A model generated the notes under the pieces. That model ran no database searches and was not told the DNA's origin. It worked only from the letters and a program-made list of their open reading frames with translations. From a virus: a DNA stretch of 64,000 bases. The DNA is taken from the IMG/VR virus record IMGVR_UViG_3300032782_000001, positions 116,404 to 180,403 of that record; one strand, written 5' to 3'. Of the stretch, positions 1 to 9,982 are shown piece by piece; positions within the stretch are counted from its first letter, which is position 1; each line of letters opens with the position of its first letter. Made by a program: the position numbers and the translations under genes.

Positions 1-4
1 CAGT

Positions 5-382
5 ATGTATGAAACTGTTGCCGTTTCGGTCATAAATCCGAGTGCTGTGTCCAAAGTCCAAATCGCTAAACCACCTCCCTCCCTAATTTGGTCCTTTCCT
101 GATCGTGACATTGAAATCCATGCCATTCAAATTGGATTTTGGTTAGATTTTGAAATCCATACAATAAGCTCAGGGGCAAATAAGTCCATGTTTTGCCGAT
201 ATGGGTCTTCACACGACGAGCCGTCTAATCGACGATTCGAATCGTTTCAAGGTTCTTGGCAAAGAATCGATGACTCTCGGGCACCGGTAGCTGTTGATCG
301 CCTAATAGCCGATGAAGAGTGGATTCCCATTCGTGATGAAATATGTAGACTTTACGAAGTGGTCCTCGTCATGAATTCATAA
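5..382 (+). CDS. hypothetical protein; C-terminus ends ...VVLVMNS (VM-tail family)
   Basis: ATG-initiated 125-aa ORF; C-terminal tail resembles the recurrent V-M-E/D/N-S terminus seen on at least 13 proteins in this window. Confidence 0.4.
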   Translation: MYETVAVSVINPSAVSKVQIAKPPPSLIWSFPDRDIEIHAIQIGFWLDFEIHTISSGANKSMFCRYGSSHDEPSNRRFESFQGSWQRIDDSRAPVAVDRLIADEEWIPIRDEICRLYEVVLVMNS

Positions 383-385
383 AAC

Positions 386-414
386 TTGTGCTTGAGACTG
401 ACTTAGTGTAGAAT
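386..414 (+). promoter_or_regulatory. putative sigma70-type promoter (TTGTGC-17nt-TAGAAT)
   Basis: -35-like TTGTGC at 386-391 and -10-like TAGAAT at 409-414 with 17-nt spacer, upstream of the 486 gene. Confidence 0.25.
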
Positions 415-438
415 TTCCTCATGCTCGGCAACCGCATT

Positions 439-475
439 CCTCACGGAAAGGAGTTCATGTCATGACCCCGTGAGG
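439..475 (+). promoter_or_regulatory. 8-bp inverted repeat (CCTCACGG/CCGTGAGG) enclosing SD + ATG-TCA-TGA mini-ORF in 5' leader of gene 486
   Basis: Perfect 8-bp arms at 439-446 and 468-475; loop contains AAAGGAG then ATGTCATGA (2-codon ORF); directly upstream of RBS GAGGGAGG and GTG start of 486. Confidence 0.25.
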
Positions 476-485
476 GAGGTGTCCC

Positions 486-899
486 GTGCCGACGCGGAAG
501 AAAGCACGCCTAACTAAGCGTCTTCAGTCTCAGTACAATCAGATTCTTCAAGGTAACATCCCGGGCCATTACGAATATGGTTATGGGTTCGGATGGCCGA
601 TTGGCGGTGCCGGTTCTGGTGCCATTGGATGGGTCGCGTATTTGTTCGCCAAGGAATGGTCAGGTCGTGAAGGCGTCGATCTGAAAAAGCTTCAGGGAAT
701 CGTTCTGCGTTCAGGTGACGCAGAGTGTGCCTGGCGATTTGCCAGAGACATTCCGGCGGCCAATAAGCGTCGATTACAAACTCTCGTCATGCAGACGGGA
801 GGTGCCAATCAGATGCGAAAGTTCGCAGCTCATGTTCCCGGAGCTGATAAGCAAACTCTTGAAAATCTCGCTATCGTATCTGAGATCATGAATATGTAG
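486..899 (+). CDS. hypothetical protein (Gly-rich segment GWPIGGAGSGAIGW)
   Basis: 137-aa ORF with GTG start preceded by GAGGGAGG SD; no recognisable domain. Confidence 0.5.
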   Translation: MPTRKKARLTKRLQSQYNQILQGNIPGHYEYGYGFGWPIGGAGSGAIGWVAYLFAKEWSGREGVDLKKLQGIVLRSGDAECAWRFARDIPAANKRRLQTLVMQTGGANQMRKFAAHVPGADKQTLENLAIVSEIMNM

Positions 900-913
900 G
901 CGTATTTTCAGAA

Positions 914-1300
914 GTGTATGTCCTCGGCTGCGGGAGTCGTGACTGGTCGGATTTCTTAATTGTCCGAGAGGCACTTTCATTTATTCCCGAAGGATCTATT
1001 GTTGTTCACGGCAACCAGCGCGGGGCAGATACATATATTGACATTGAAGCTCGGAATCGTGGATTAAAAGTCATACCAGTTCCGGCTGCATGGGAAACGC
1101 TGGGAGTTGCAGCAGGCCCTCTTAGGAATAACAGAATGCTTGAAATAATGAAAGAAGCTAGACGGAAAGGTCATGCCACATTAGTTATGGCTTTCCACGA
1201 TGATCTCAATCTTGGTGTAGGGACACGCGATATGGTGAAAAAAGCGTTGTCCGCAAAAATGGAAGTAATAATTTTCCTCCGCGTACCATTTTGGGAGTAA
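914..1300 (+). CDS. SLOG/DUF2493-like Rossmann-fold protein (putative)
   Basis: VLGCGSRDW...VVHGNQRGADTYIDIEA pattern resembling YspA/DUF2493 SLOG domains; 128 aa. Confidence 0.45.
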   Translation: MYVLGCGSRDWSDFLIVREALSFIPEGSIVVHGNQRGADTYIDIEARNRGLKVIPVPAAWETLGVAAGPLRNNRMLEIMKEARRKGHATLVMAFHDDLNLGVGTRDMVKKALSAKMEVIIFLRVPFWE

Positions 1301-1364
1301 CGTCGTCTGTGGACTTATATGGACCTACTGTTCCAACCGGATGGGGGTCTTCCCTGATTCAAAT

Positions 1365-1793
1365 TCACATTACTGTTACATCCAGTAATATATCCAACCC
1401 TTTCGTCATAATTTCCAGTACGTCACCTAGTTCTTCCACATATAACGGCCCACAGAGAACATCTGACGGAATCAGAACCAGGAGGCTCATAGACAGATTT
1501 AAAAAGTCTGCTCTTAAAAATGCAGTATTCCATGAATCCAGAATGCTAGGATTGGACAACCGTCCTAGTGTGGAACCTAAGCCGAAATCTCTGGCTCTCT
1601 CCACCAGTTTAGACAGGAACTGGATAGTCCATCGCCAACGGAATTTCTCTCGGAGATCGCCTGGCCGGAAAAGGATCGGGTGATGGGAATCCCTCAGTTC
1701 CACATCCAAAATAATGTTTTTCTCACCCCCGCTCAGTTGGATTTTTCCAGATTGGAAACCTATGTCGGGCCAGTTCGTATCGTAAAGATTCAT
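1365..1793 (-). CDS. hypothetical protein (uncertain)
   Basis: 142-aa minus ORF in a region where plus-strand ORF 1291..1683 is S/T-rich low complexity; overlaps start of 1680..1970. Confidence 0.25.
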   Translation of the reverse strand: MNLYDTNWPDIGFQSGKIQLSGGEKNIILDVELRDSHHPILFRPGDLREKFRWRWTIQFLSKLVERARDFGLGSTLGRLSNPSILDSWNTAFLRADFLNLSMSLLVLIPSDVLCGPLYVEELGDVLEIMTKGLDILLDVTVM

Positions 1794-1970
1794 AACGAAA
1801 TCTTCCGTTTTCTTTTTTCAGCGGAAGAAATGGCTGCGGCAGTAGAAGAAATCAGCGATCTTACAGAAATCCGCATAGGGGTGTGCATTTTCTGCGGGGG
1901 GTTGGCGGCATATGAACCAGATGGAATACCGAGGTGTCGCAACCCGATCCGATGTGTCATGAATTTTTAG
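1680..1970 (+). CDS. small Cys-rich protein of the VM-tail family (ends ...RCVMNF)
   Basis: C-terminal CxFCGG...RCRNPIRC-VMNF resembles zinc-ribbon + VM tail of paralogs; true start may be internal ATG (MAAAVEE). Confidence 0.45.
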   Translation: MMGIPQFHIQNNVFLTPAQLDFSRLETYVGPVRIVKIHNEIFRFLFSAEEMAAAVEEISDLTEIRIGVCIFCGGLAAYEPDGIPRCRNPIRCVMNF

Positions 1971-2368
1971 GACATCATCACATCCAACACAATTGCGTTG
2001 CGGATTATTGTGTCGCTAATATTACGAGCTTCCTCAATTAAGTCTTGAGGACGCCATGGGAGGACCATTCTGCCAATTCTCAATCCTAGTTCTCGGATGG
2101 ACGATCGATACTGACGTAGTTTCGGAGACTCTCGGGAATCTTGAACTCGGATTCTCCTAGCGGGCCAGTCATTCCATTCAACATATGTTTTCCCACGATT
2201 TGTTGTTTGGAACACTCCGATATTCCAGGAATTACGTCTGTCTTCGACAAGAAAATCAGTCCCGACAACTTGGGATTCAACATATACCCAATATTCAGAA
2301 GTGCTTCTCTGTTCCAGTCTAACATTCAGTTTAAGCTGACCTATCGATTTGAAAGGTTCCAGCGGCAT
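1967..2368 (-). CDS. hypothetical protein
   Basis: 133-aa minus ORF, divergent from 2412 gene; no plus ORF of comparable quality. Confidence 0.4.
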   Translation of the reverse strand: MPLEPFKSIGQLKLNVRLEQRSTSEYWVYVESQVVGTDFLVEDRRNSWNIGVFQTTNRGKTYVEWNDWPARRIRVQDSRESPKLRQYRSSIRELGLRIGRMVLPWRPQDLIEEARNISDTIIRNAIVLDVMMS

Positions 2369-2411
2369 GTTGACTCCTTCATCCTACCGCTAAGTTGTAG
2401 GGTCCAATCCC

Positions 2412-2714
2412 ATGTCTAAGAAAACTCTTGAAGAAGCATTAGAACAAGAACTGCTACGGAAGCATCTTGTTTCCAGTCGCGATGCCATCAATAAGATGCT
2501 GGACGTGAGTGTCCCTGTCATAATTCAAGCACAGCGGATTCACGCCATATGGGCTGAACATGCCGCAAGAGCGGGATGGGAATACGGGTTGTTCAAAGAT
2601 CCTGATAATCGCCGGGATCCAAGATTGTTACCCTTCAATCAGTTATCTGAAGAGTTCAAAACTGAATTCTACGACATAGCATCTGGGACTCGAGATACTG
2701 ACTCCATGAATTAG
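2412..2714 (+). CDS. hypothetical protein
   Basis: 100-aa ORF, ATG start. Confidence 0.5.
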   Translation: MSKKTLEEALEQELLRKHLVSSRDAINKMLDVSVPVIIQAQRIHAIWAEHAARAGWEYGLFKDPDNRRDPRLLPFNQLSEEFKTEFYDIASGTRDTDSMN

Positions 2715-2948
2715 TTATTTCCGGTCCATGATCGTTCGGAAGAGAGTAAATAACTCGTCAGTAGCTTTCTTCTTTTCTTCAACAGAAGTATCTGGAGTCC
2801 AGCTTCTCGCCGTTTCCCTCACGGCAATAGCTCGTTTCCGTAAATCCTCAGCTTCGTCAGTGGATTCATCACCAAGCTTCAAAAGCATGGCTTCCACGCC
2901 TTTTTCAAAATAAGACATGGTGCCGGATTCTTTTGTCTTGCCGGCCAT
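2715..2948 (-). CDS. hypothetical protein
   Basis: 77-aa minus ORF with charged helical composition. Confidence 0.4.
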   Translation of the reverse strand: MAGKTKESGTMSYFEKGVEAMLLKLGDESTDEAEDLRKRAIAVRETARSWTPDTSVEEKKKATDELFTLFRTIMDRK

Positions 2949-2981
2949 AATATGACCCCGTAATGGAAGTTGAGCGTTGTG

Positions 2982-3179
2982 TTAGCTCAACATCACGACT
3001 TTTACGATGTGATACTCGCAATTCTCGATTGATACCGATCCGTCAGGGTCTTCTCCTGGGGATCTCGCAGTAACCTGTCCACAACGTCTACATTGGTACA
3101 CATTCATCTCTTTACCGCAAGCTTTGTCCATTATTTTGTTTATTTCAGGATGTTGTAATACCTCCCAAACATGAGCCAC
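2982..3179 (-). CDS. small zinc-ribbon protein of the VM-tail family (ends ...KVVMLS)
   Basis: CGKE...CRRCGQ...NCEYH then VVMLS-stop; minus-strand member of the family. Confidence 0.45.
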   Translation of the reverse strand: MAHVWEVLQHPEINKIMDKACGKEMNVYQCRRCGQVTARSPGEDPDGSVSIENCEYHIVKVVMLS

Positions 3180-3202
3180 CTTTAACAGTACGTCGAATGT
3201 AA

Positions 3203-3862
3203 ATGCATGTCATGGATCCATATGGTATTGAACCTAAAAAGAGGAACCAGGTTCGTCACACTCCGCCATCTCGATCGAATTTTTTGAATCGATTCCGAGA
3301 TAGGATCGTAAAGTGTGATGATGATTGGATTATCGTAAGGAATTGGGCCTCTGAGCTCAGCATGCCAATACTGATAGTAGCATCGTTGTTCAATTCGCTT
3401 GTAGCTGAAGGGATTTTGGAAGGACCTCTTCCCGTTCCTGTCGAAGAAGAACATCTCAAGTACGGCGGCCGAGGCATTTGTTTCTTAAATGGGAAATGGT
3501 ATTACAGAGATTTCGAATTTGAGAGATTTTACAAATGGGGATCTCGCGGTTGTCAGAAAGTCAAGAAATGTGGTAAATCCGAACTGCCAATAGGCAGGCA
3601 ACCTTCTAAAAGGACTATTTCCAAAAAGGCACAGGAAAGGCCTTTGAAACTGTGTGAATGGAACGGGAAAGGATACCGTATTAATCGAGACGCACCAACA
3701 TTCAAGGAAGCCGCGAGAACACAGGTGCAGGTTACTACGGGTTCTATTTGTAATCGATGCGGCATTCAGTTGGATTTCAATGGGAAACATTCTAGAAGAA
3801 GCAGAGGACATACTCGAATTAAATGTAACAAATTTATCGTAAAAACTGTCATGGAAAGCTGA
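3203..3862 (+). CDS. zinc-ribbon-containing protein, C-terminal ...KTVMES
   Basis: 219-aa ORF; CNRCGIQ...KCNKFIVKTVMES tail matches family consensus. Confidence 0.5.
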   Translation: MHVMDPYGIEPKKRNQVRHTPPSRSNFLNRFRDRIVKCDDDWIIVRNWASELSMPILIVASLFNSLVAEGILEGPLPVPVEEEHLKYGGRGICFLNGKWYYRDFEFERFYKWGSRGCQKVKKCGKSELPIGRQPSKRTISKKAQERPLKLCEWNGKGYRINRDAPTFKEAARTQVQVTTGSICNRCGIQLDFNGKHSRRSRGHTRIKCNKFIVKTVMES

Positions 3863-3883
3863 CCTGGGATTGTATTGTCGACC

Positions 3884-4720
3884 ATGGCGAAGACTCCTCC
3901 TTATCCTTTCCTCAAATGGGCTGGCGGGAAAGGCCGAGTCGCGTCACGAATTTTGGCGCGACTCCCTGAATCGATCAATACTTATTACGAACCATTTCTT
4001 GGTGGAGGAGCTATTTTCTTTGAATTGGCAAAAGAAAAGCGGTTCAAGCGTGCCGTCTTATCTGATATGAATCCGGCACTCATCAACTGTTGGCAAGTCA
4101 TTCAAGCCAATGTTGAATCTCTGATCCGTGAGCTCCAAAAGTCCCAGTATAAGTATGAAAAGAAGACGTATTTGAAAATCCGAGCAGCTGATATTTCGAC
4201 ATTTTCAGACGTCCAAAAGGCTGCCAGGACTATTTACCTCAATAAGACTTGTTTCAATGGTCTTTATCGAGTAAATAGTCAAGGCAATTTCAACGTACCT
4301 TTTGGCAAATACTCCAACCCAACGATTTGTGATGAATCTAATCTCACGGCCGTAAGTCAAGCTCTAAAAGGCGTTGAGATCAAAATTTGCGAGTTCAATG
4401 TCGCGGAGAAAGCCAAGATTGGAGATGCGGTGTATTTCGATCCTCCGTATCTACCAATTTCGGCTACTTCGAAATTCACGGCATATACTGAATTAGGATT
4501 CGGGTTGGAAGATCACGAAAAACTTGCTGGACTTTTCCAACATATCGGTAAGAAAGGTGTTAGATGTGTCCTTTCCAATTCAGCGGCGAAGAAAGCTATT
4601 GAGTTATACTCGGATTTCGACATGGATAAATTCATTGGAACTAGGTCAGTCGGTGGTCCAGTAGATTTCCGGAAACCCGCTGGCGAAATCATTGTGTTCA
4701 ATGGACCGAAAACAAAGTAA
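3884..4720 (+). CDS. dam: DNA adenine methyltransferase (Dam-like, alpha-group N6-adenine MTase)
   Basis: Motif I FLKWAGGKG near N-terminus and motif IV DPPY (VYFDPPYLP); length ~279 aa typical of Dam; ATG at 3884 (track ORF 3875 starts at TTG). Confidence 0.9.
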   Translation: MAKTPPYPFLKWAGGKGRVASRILARLPESINTYYEPFLGGGAIFFELAKEKRFKRAVLSDMNPALINCWQVIQANVESLIRELQKSQYKYEKKTYLKIRAADISTFSDVQKAARTIYLNKTCFNGLYRVNSQGNFNVPFGKYSNPTICDESNLTAVSQALKGVEIKICEFNVAEKAKIGDAVYFDPPYLPISATSKFTAYTELGFGLEDHEKLAGLFQHIGKKGVRCVLSNSAAKKAIELYSDFDMDKFIGTRSVGGPVDFRKPAGEIIVFNGPKTK

Positions 4721-4729
4721 AGGTTCCTA

Positions 4730-4975
4730 ATGATTGACATCATTGAAACACAATCTTTCCGTGTGGATGGATTAGTTCTAATTGAAGAATCCGGAGCTGT
4801 CTGGCGAACTTTCAGTAGGCCATGGTGGGATATTTCTTCCTGGTTTTGGTGGTGGCTTTGTCCTGGTAGAAAGAAGATGATCATCACCAAGCATAACGAC
4901 GGCCGTCGGACGCGAGTCCGTGCGGTAAGAATAGCGAAATCGTACCTACATATTGGGTCTAAATCGCGAACGTAA
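4730..4975 (+). CDS. hypothetical small protein (Trp-rich hydrophobic segment)
   Basis: 81-aa ORF; WWDISSWFWWWLCPG. Confidence 0.3.
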   Translation: MIDIIETQSFRVDGLVLIEESGAVWRTFSRPWWDISSWFWWWLCPGRKKMIITKHNDGRRTRVRAVRIAKSYLHIGSKSRT

Positions 4976-5004
4976 ATTCCAATTATTGCGATGTAATTAC
5001 GTTC

Positions 5005-6384
5005 GTGAACCATGATACGAAGATCGCCATGATTCTTCATGCGGCGAGGTCTTTAGTATCGAGGAAGCAACCCGCTTCCGTTATTGAAATTTTTGCTGGC
5101 TTCGTTAATCCTACCAGCAACAAGCCGATTAGCTCAAGCAGAAAACACGCATTATTGGACCATTGGGTGTCCAATGGATGGGTTTCGCGAAGGCGTGTGA
5201 AAGGGATCGATCATTATTCGGCGCTCTCCGTTTCAGACTTGGAGGCGGTTGTAGAAGTACACGAGGAAGAAGAAGCAGACATGAAAAGAAAGCGCTACAG
5301 TCGTCTGTCCGAAGAGCTACACGGTAAAGGGCTAGTAGCCGTACGCGCTTTGAAGAAACTTCTATCCGACGAAACTCCTCAACCACGCACTAGTCTATTC
5401 ACCGTCTATCGAGGAGATAAGTTCCAAGAACGAGCAGCTCTGAGTCCTCCATGGCAAATGGAACTTCTCCAAGTTCTTACAGGGAATGGAGTCGTTGTGA
5501 AAATCGACGGCAATCCCACTCTTTACAAGATTGGAGACCATGAAGCGGCCCAAAATCTTGTAGAAGGGATTGAGCATCCATGCATCATTTCTCTCATTGA
5601 TCCTAACACTCCATGTGGGTTGGATCATGAGTCTATGAGACAGAGGAAACTGAACAAAGAACGTACTCTGAATGTGAAGGTTCCCACTCATGAGTCTATC
5701 CCCGAAGAGGAGCTTCCTACAGAATCTATCGTGACTACGTCCGAATCGGTCATTGATCAAGCTCCCGCGTTTCCAGCCGCTGTTCCAGCCGAATCGATCG
5801 AAGAAGAACCCAAGGATAAACTTCAAGAGAAAGAGGACGGTCTCCTTGAGACTATCCTTGAGCAAGTCTTAGATTCGATGAAAGCGCAAAATGCACTCAG
5901 TGAGCGCATTGCGAATCATGTGAAAGATCTCGGTGGGTACATGAAATCTACGAATGACTTCATGCATACGACCAAGGAGTCACTGAAGCATATTGATCAG
6001 AGAATCGTCAGATTGGAAGAATTAATTCGTTCGTCTAATTCTGATTCTAAGCAGAAGGCCGTTTCGAAATTAGAAGAGAAAATGATTCATGACGTCATTT
6101 CCAAATGTGACGAATCGGTCCGATTGGCGACGCAGTCTACTATAACGAGCTTGAAGATTGAAATCGGCTCGATGAAATCTGGATTCCAATCAATGGAATC
6201 GGCCATTGCAGAAGTGGCTGCGTCCATGGCATCCATTTCAGCACACATTCAAAAACCTCGCTCGAAAATGTCCAGGAAGGCCCGATGGGGTCACATCCTC
6301 GGGCGTCTCGATGTAGTTGTGAACGATCTTGACACCTTGAAGGAGTTGGCATTGGAAACTGTTCCGGGTTCCAATTCTTCATAA
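5005..6384 (+). CDS. hypothetical protein with acidic and coiled-coil regions
   Basis: 459-aa ORF; EEEEAD acidic patch and long helical C-terminal half. Confidence 0.55.
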   Translation: MNHDTKIAMILHAARSLVSRKQPASVIEIFAGFVNPTSNKPISSSRKHALLDHWVSNGWVSRRRVKGIDHYSALSVSDLEAVVEVHEEEEADMKRKRYSRLSEELHGKGLVAVRALKKLLSDETPQPRTSLFTVYRGDKFQERAALSPPWQMELLQVLTGNGVVVKIDGNPTLYKIGDHEAAQNLVEGIEHPCIISLIDPNTPCGLDHESMRQRKLNKERTLNVKVPTHESIPEEELPTESIVTTSESVIDQAPAFPAAVPAESIEEEPKDKLQEKEDGLLETILEQVLDSMKAQNALSERIANHVKDLGGYMKSTNDFMHTTKESLKHIDQRIVRLEELIRSSNSDSKQKAVSKLEEKMIHDVISKCDESVRLATQSTITSLKIEIGSMKSGFQSMESAIAEVAASMASISAHIQKPRSKMSRKARWGHILGRLDVVVNDLDTLKELALETVPGSNSS

Positions 6385-6424
6385 ATTACTGAGCTTTCAG
6401 CGTAAACTTGCATGGAGGTAAACC

Positions 6425-6844
6425 ATGAGTTTGCGCAATGCAATCCAAAGCATCGTTCGTGAAATGTTGGGATCCGATATCCGACGGCTCGTGAAGGAGA
6501 TCCTTCTCGAAGAGCTCGAGGAACCGAATGAAACCCCACCCGCACCTGCATTGAACCCGAGGTCGGAAGCTGCGAAAAGGGCCGCAGCCGCTCGCGTTTC
6601 TAACCAGAAAAAGAAGAATCCACTGAAATTGCCGAAGGAGGCATTGAACCTCGGTCTGGAAGTTGGTCAATCTTGGACGGGAAAGCCGTACATGAAGGGC
6701 CTCGTGGGTCGCGTGATCGAGATCACGTCCATTGATGCCACCGGTTGCGGGACCGTGGTGAAGAAGAGCAATTCCAAGCATCCGCAAGCCAAGCACGTTT
6801 CTTTCGAGCGGCTCCGGAAGAGCTACGTTCGTGTAACTCCATGA
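6425..6844 (+). CDS. hypothetical protein (N-terminus MSLRNAIQSIVREML shared with next gene)
   Basis: 139-aa ORF; stop overlaps next start (ATGA). Confidence 0.55.
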   Translation: MSLRNAIQSIVREMLGSDIRRLVKEILLEELEEPNETPPAPALNPRSEAAKRAAAARVSNQKKKNPLKLPKEALNLGLEVGQSWTGKPYMKGLVGRVIEITSIDATGCGTVVKKSNSKHPQAKHVSFERLRKSYVRVTP

Positions 6845-7722
6845 GTCTACGAGACGTTATAAGACGAATCGTACTCCAAGAGATTCGTGAATTGGTGGTG
6901 GAAGCCGTCCAGGTTTCCACCACTGATCCGAGACCTGACATAATTCCGGCCCGGAAACGGTCTGTCCTTTACAAAGGTGATAGCTGGGCGAAGAAATCAG
7001 TTCGCCTTCGAGTCTGGGAAGCGGTTTTGTTGAGTCTTGGGCGACAAAGATTCCAAGCTGGCCCCCATCTCTTCTTAGCATCTCGAGAAGGCGGAGATGC
7101 ATCGGTGCTCCGTGCACTAGGGGCTCCAGATAGATCCATGATCGCTGTGGATTGGGATGAGGAGGCCATCTCAGAATTTAAAAAGATCTACCCAGGAATC
7201 CGGACTGCATCCGATGACGTAGCTAATGTTTTGGTATCGGAAGATTCCTTTGCTTCTGTTCATTTGGATCTCACGTCTCAAATTACAGAATCTTATCTCG
7301 CAAGAATAATTTTAGCCTCAAAGAAGATCATGCCAGGCGGCGTTATTGCTTGCGCGTTCACAGTTGGACGCGAGAAAAGCTTCCAGAAAAGCATCAACGG
7401 TTGCGCATATGACGCGCGCCTGGGGACTGTGTTGGACAGTATCCGGTCTTCCATTGGGTATAAACCAAGGGTCCTTCTTCAATTCAAGTATAGAAGCGAT
7501 TCTATTCACGGAATTGGCACCAATATGTGCGTTCTTGTCGTTCAAATGGTTCCCTTTATCGAGCCGGCTCCGAAGCTCCAATCCATTTCTGTGTATGATT
7601 TCTATCGAGATATCGAACGTCATGTTAATTCCCGTTCGTTGAATCTCTTCATTAACTGTAGTCAGTCCAAGACTGAAGAGCTTCGAGCACGAGTGATGAT
7701 GTATCCTCCTCCTCGAGCATAA
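6841..7722 (+). CDS. hypothetical protein, possible Rossmann/SAM-MTase-like fold
   Basis: Starts MSLRDVIRRIVLQEI (paralogous N-terminus to 6425 gene); GDASVLRALGA...IAVDWDE resembles MTase motifs I/II weakly. Confidence 0.45.
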   Translation: MSLRDVIRRIVLQEIRELVVEAVQVSTTDPRPDIIPARKRSVLYKGDSWAKKSVRLRVWEAVLLSLGRQRFQAGPHLFLASREGGDASVLRALGAPDRSMIAVDWDEEAISEFKKIYPGIRTASDDVANVLVSEDSFASVHLDLTSQITESYLARIILASKKIMPGGVIACAFTVGREKSFQKSINGCAYDARLGTVLDSIRSSIGYKPRVLLQFKYRSDSIHGIGTNMCVLVVQMVPFIEPAPKLQSISVYDFYRDIERHVNSRSLNLFINCSQSKTEELRARVMMYPPPRA

Positions 7723-7746
7723 ATCGACCTGAAGGTCGAGTATGTA

Positions 7747-9039
7747 TTGGGACTCATGGGAATGTACGAAGAAGCTTCCAAGCGGAAGGCGCTCGCTGTC
7801 AGGGCTCTTCGTTCTCTTCTTGTAAGTCAGAAACCCCTTGAAATGGATGCTATTTTCATGCTTCCAGGGGAAGCTTATGAACGTCGAGATTCTCCCAATC
7901 GGGCCTGGCAGAACGAATTCATGGCTTCTTTGATCGGAAGCGGGATTGTTCAAGAGCACTCGAAAAATAAGGGACGATCCATGTTTGTCTTAAAGAACCC
8001 GGATCGTGTTATCCAGCTCTTGAAAGACGAAAACGCGGGTGGTGATGAGTTAGCAGAACTCGTCACCGAGACGTCTGAAAATGCTCAGTGGTCTAAGACC
8101 GGACAGTCTAACGTCACTCGGACAGCTAAGGGGATCCCTCTTACCAGCAAACCATTTCATAATCTTCCCAGTCTTCTCAAGACGCCAGAATCCACTAAGA
8201 CTAATGTAAACGTCACTGTATTCGGCCTCAACGATGATATGAATGTGGAAACTGAAGACGGAGGGAAATTCGAGACTGAGGAAGAGACTGAGGAGACTGA
8301 AGAATCAGATGACGAATCTGAGACTTCAGGAAATGAAGTTCCGCCAACTTATCAGTGGCCTACTGTCATTCTTGATTATGTTGAAGCCACTAATAAGCAA
8401 TATGTTTCCACTTCAGAGATCGCAGTTCACGCTCTCAAGTTTTCGCCTTCCAACGTCAACGTTTCTGTCCTGAGAGCCATTGGCGGAGTGCTTCGCAATA
8501 ATGGTTGGCGAAATGGGAAATCTAAACCTAATGATGGTTCTAGGCCTATAAGGATTTGGATCCGAAAGGGTTCGCCGGATCCTCAAAACTATGACCTTCC
8601 CGGTTCTTCCCATTCAGAGTATGAGACCGAATCTAACTCACGTGATTCCATTGTTCCGACAGCGATTCCTGGTGTTCAAACCATCACTCAGACCAGTCTT
8701 GATTCTATTCAGAATACTCTTTCTGAACTTCAAGATCTGCAGGCTAGGGTATGTGAGAATCTAATCTACGTCAGGGATAGTGTAAACACTCTTCACGATA
8801 GAATGGAAAGTCTGGAAACTAAACTGGACAGATTGGAAGCCGATAGAAGCACGGATCTAGACTCTGCTCTTGTAAATTCCATGCGTAAAGAAGTAAGGGC
8901 AGCAATGGAAGAGGCAGTAAGTCAGATTGAGACCGGGCGTTCGGCACGCGCCATGGCTGCTGCAGGGAAACTGTCCAGCGAAATCGCAAGTCTCCGCGAT
9001 CTCATTCAAAACGCGATGGACGGAGACGAAGATGAATGA
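7747..9039 (+). CDS. hypothetical protein with poly-acidic tract and C-terminal coiled coil
   Basis: 430-aa ORF; ETEEETEETEESDDESETS tract. Confidence 0.55.
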   Translation: MGLMGMYEEASKRKALAVRALRSLLVSQKPLEMDAIFMLPGEAYERRDSPNRAWQNEFMASLIGSGIVQEHSKNKGRSMFVLKNPDRVIQLLKDENAGGDELAELVTETSENAQWSKTGQSNVTRTAKGIPLTSKPFHNLPSLLKTPESTKTNVNVTVFGLNDDMNVETEDGGKFETEEETEETEESDDESETSGNEVPPTYQWPTVILDYVEATNKQYVSTSEIAVHALKFSPSNVNVSVLRAIGGVLRNNGWRNGKSKPNDGSRPIRIWIRKGSPDPQNYDLPGSSHSEYETESNSRDSIVPTAIPGVQTITQTSLDSIQNTLSELQDLQARVCENLIYVRDSVNTLHDRMESLETKLDRLEADRSTDLDSALVNSMRKEVRAAMEEAVSQIETGRSARAMAAAGKLSSEIASLRDLIQNAMDGDEDE

Positions 9040-9982
9040 TTTGACCAAAATGATTTCCTCTTACAAGGGGAACTCCAAATCAATGACGGAAAGACAGAAA
9101 GCAGAGCTGGAGAGTCAACTCTGGGCGAGTTATACCGCCTCTTCCGGTAAATCTTCAAATGGTTCCAGTCGAGAATGGTTGGTGACTGTTCTTGGTGGGA
9201 AGAGTAGGGATTATGAACTTCGTTTCACCTTGTGGAACGCTGGTGAATGGGTACAGCCACTATGGGATTTACTTGAAAACGGAATGCCGAGAACCACTGC
9301 CGTTCGACTCATGCGAGAGGCGCGCAGTAATGCATCTCTGAATCGGGTATCTCTCGCCGTATCTTTGCAGGCTGTGCTCGCCGCGTACAATGAATCAGGG
9401 TACGAAGCACGAACCCCGGAGGGGAAGACTTACAGGCGGACATCTCCTGGTCAGAAGTCTCAACAAGAAACGGAGTCGGAATCAAATCCTATCTTTGATT
9501 CCGATCAGTTCCAGATCACCAGGTCCAAAAAGTTCCGAGATAAGCTCGTGGCTCTGACGAGCGAATATGTTAGGACTAGTCTTACTGATTATCCCAACAT
9601 CGATGTCATCGAGGCTCGTAGGGCCGTAGACGATTTCACAAGCTTTGTTCGCGAAGCTTGTGAAGATTTGCGCCGGAAGATCTCAGTAATGAGGTCTGAA
9701 GGTCGCAAGGATAGTAAACGTCAAAAGGTGACTAGAGACCAGCTTCGCCATGCGTGTGAAGTCCTAGGCATTTCTGTAATTTACGGACACGTGCCAGACC
9801 TTAGAGTGGCTAAAAGGGCCATGCTTAAACGAGCTCGCGAACTCCATCCCGACAGGCACGGAGGTTCGGAAAAAACTCGTGCAGAGTACCAGGCCGTCAT
9901 TGAATCTTATGGAGTGATCGAAACTTACGAGAAAGGACTGACCGTTCATGCGAATGGAGATCGTAGCAATGAAGTCCGCTAA
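9032..9982 (+). CDS. J-domain (DnaJ-like) protein
   Basis: C-terminal AMLKRARELHPDRHGGSE...YQAVIESYGVI with HPD tripeptide; ATG at 9032 overlapping upstream stop. Confidence 0.6.
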   Translation: MNDLTKMISSYKGNSKSMTERQKAELESQLWASYTASSGKSSNGSSREWLVTVLGGKSRDYELRFTLWNAGEWVQPLWDLLENGMPRTTAVRLMREARSNASLNRVSLAVSLQAVLAAYNESGYEARTPEGKTYRRTSPGQKSQQETESESNPIFDSDQFQITRSKKFRDKLVALTSEYVRTSLTDYPNIDVIEARRAVDDFTSFVREACEDLRRKISVMRSEGRKDSKRQKVTRDQLRHACEVLGISVIYGHVPDLRVAKRAMLKRARELHPDRHGGSEKTRAEYQAVIESYGVIETYEKGLTVHANGDRSNEVR

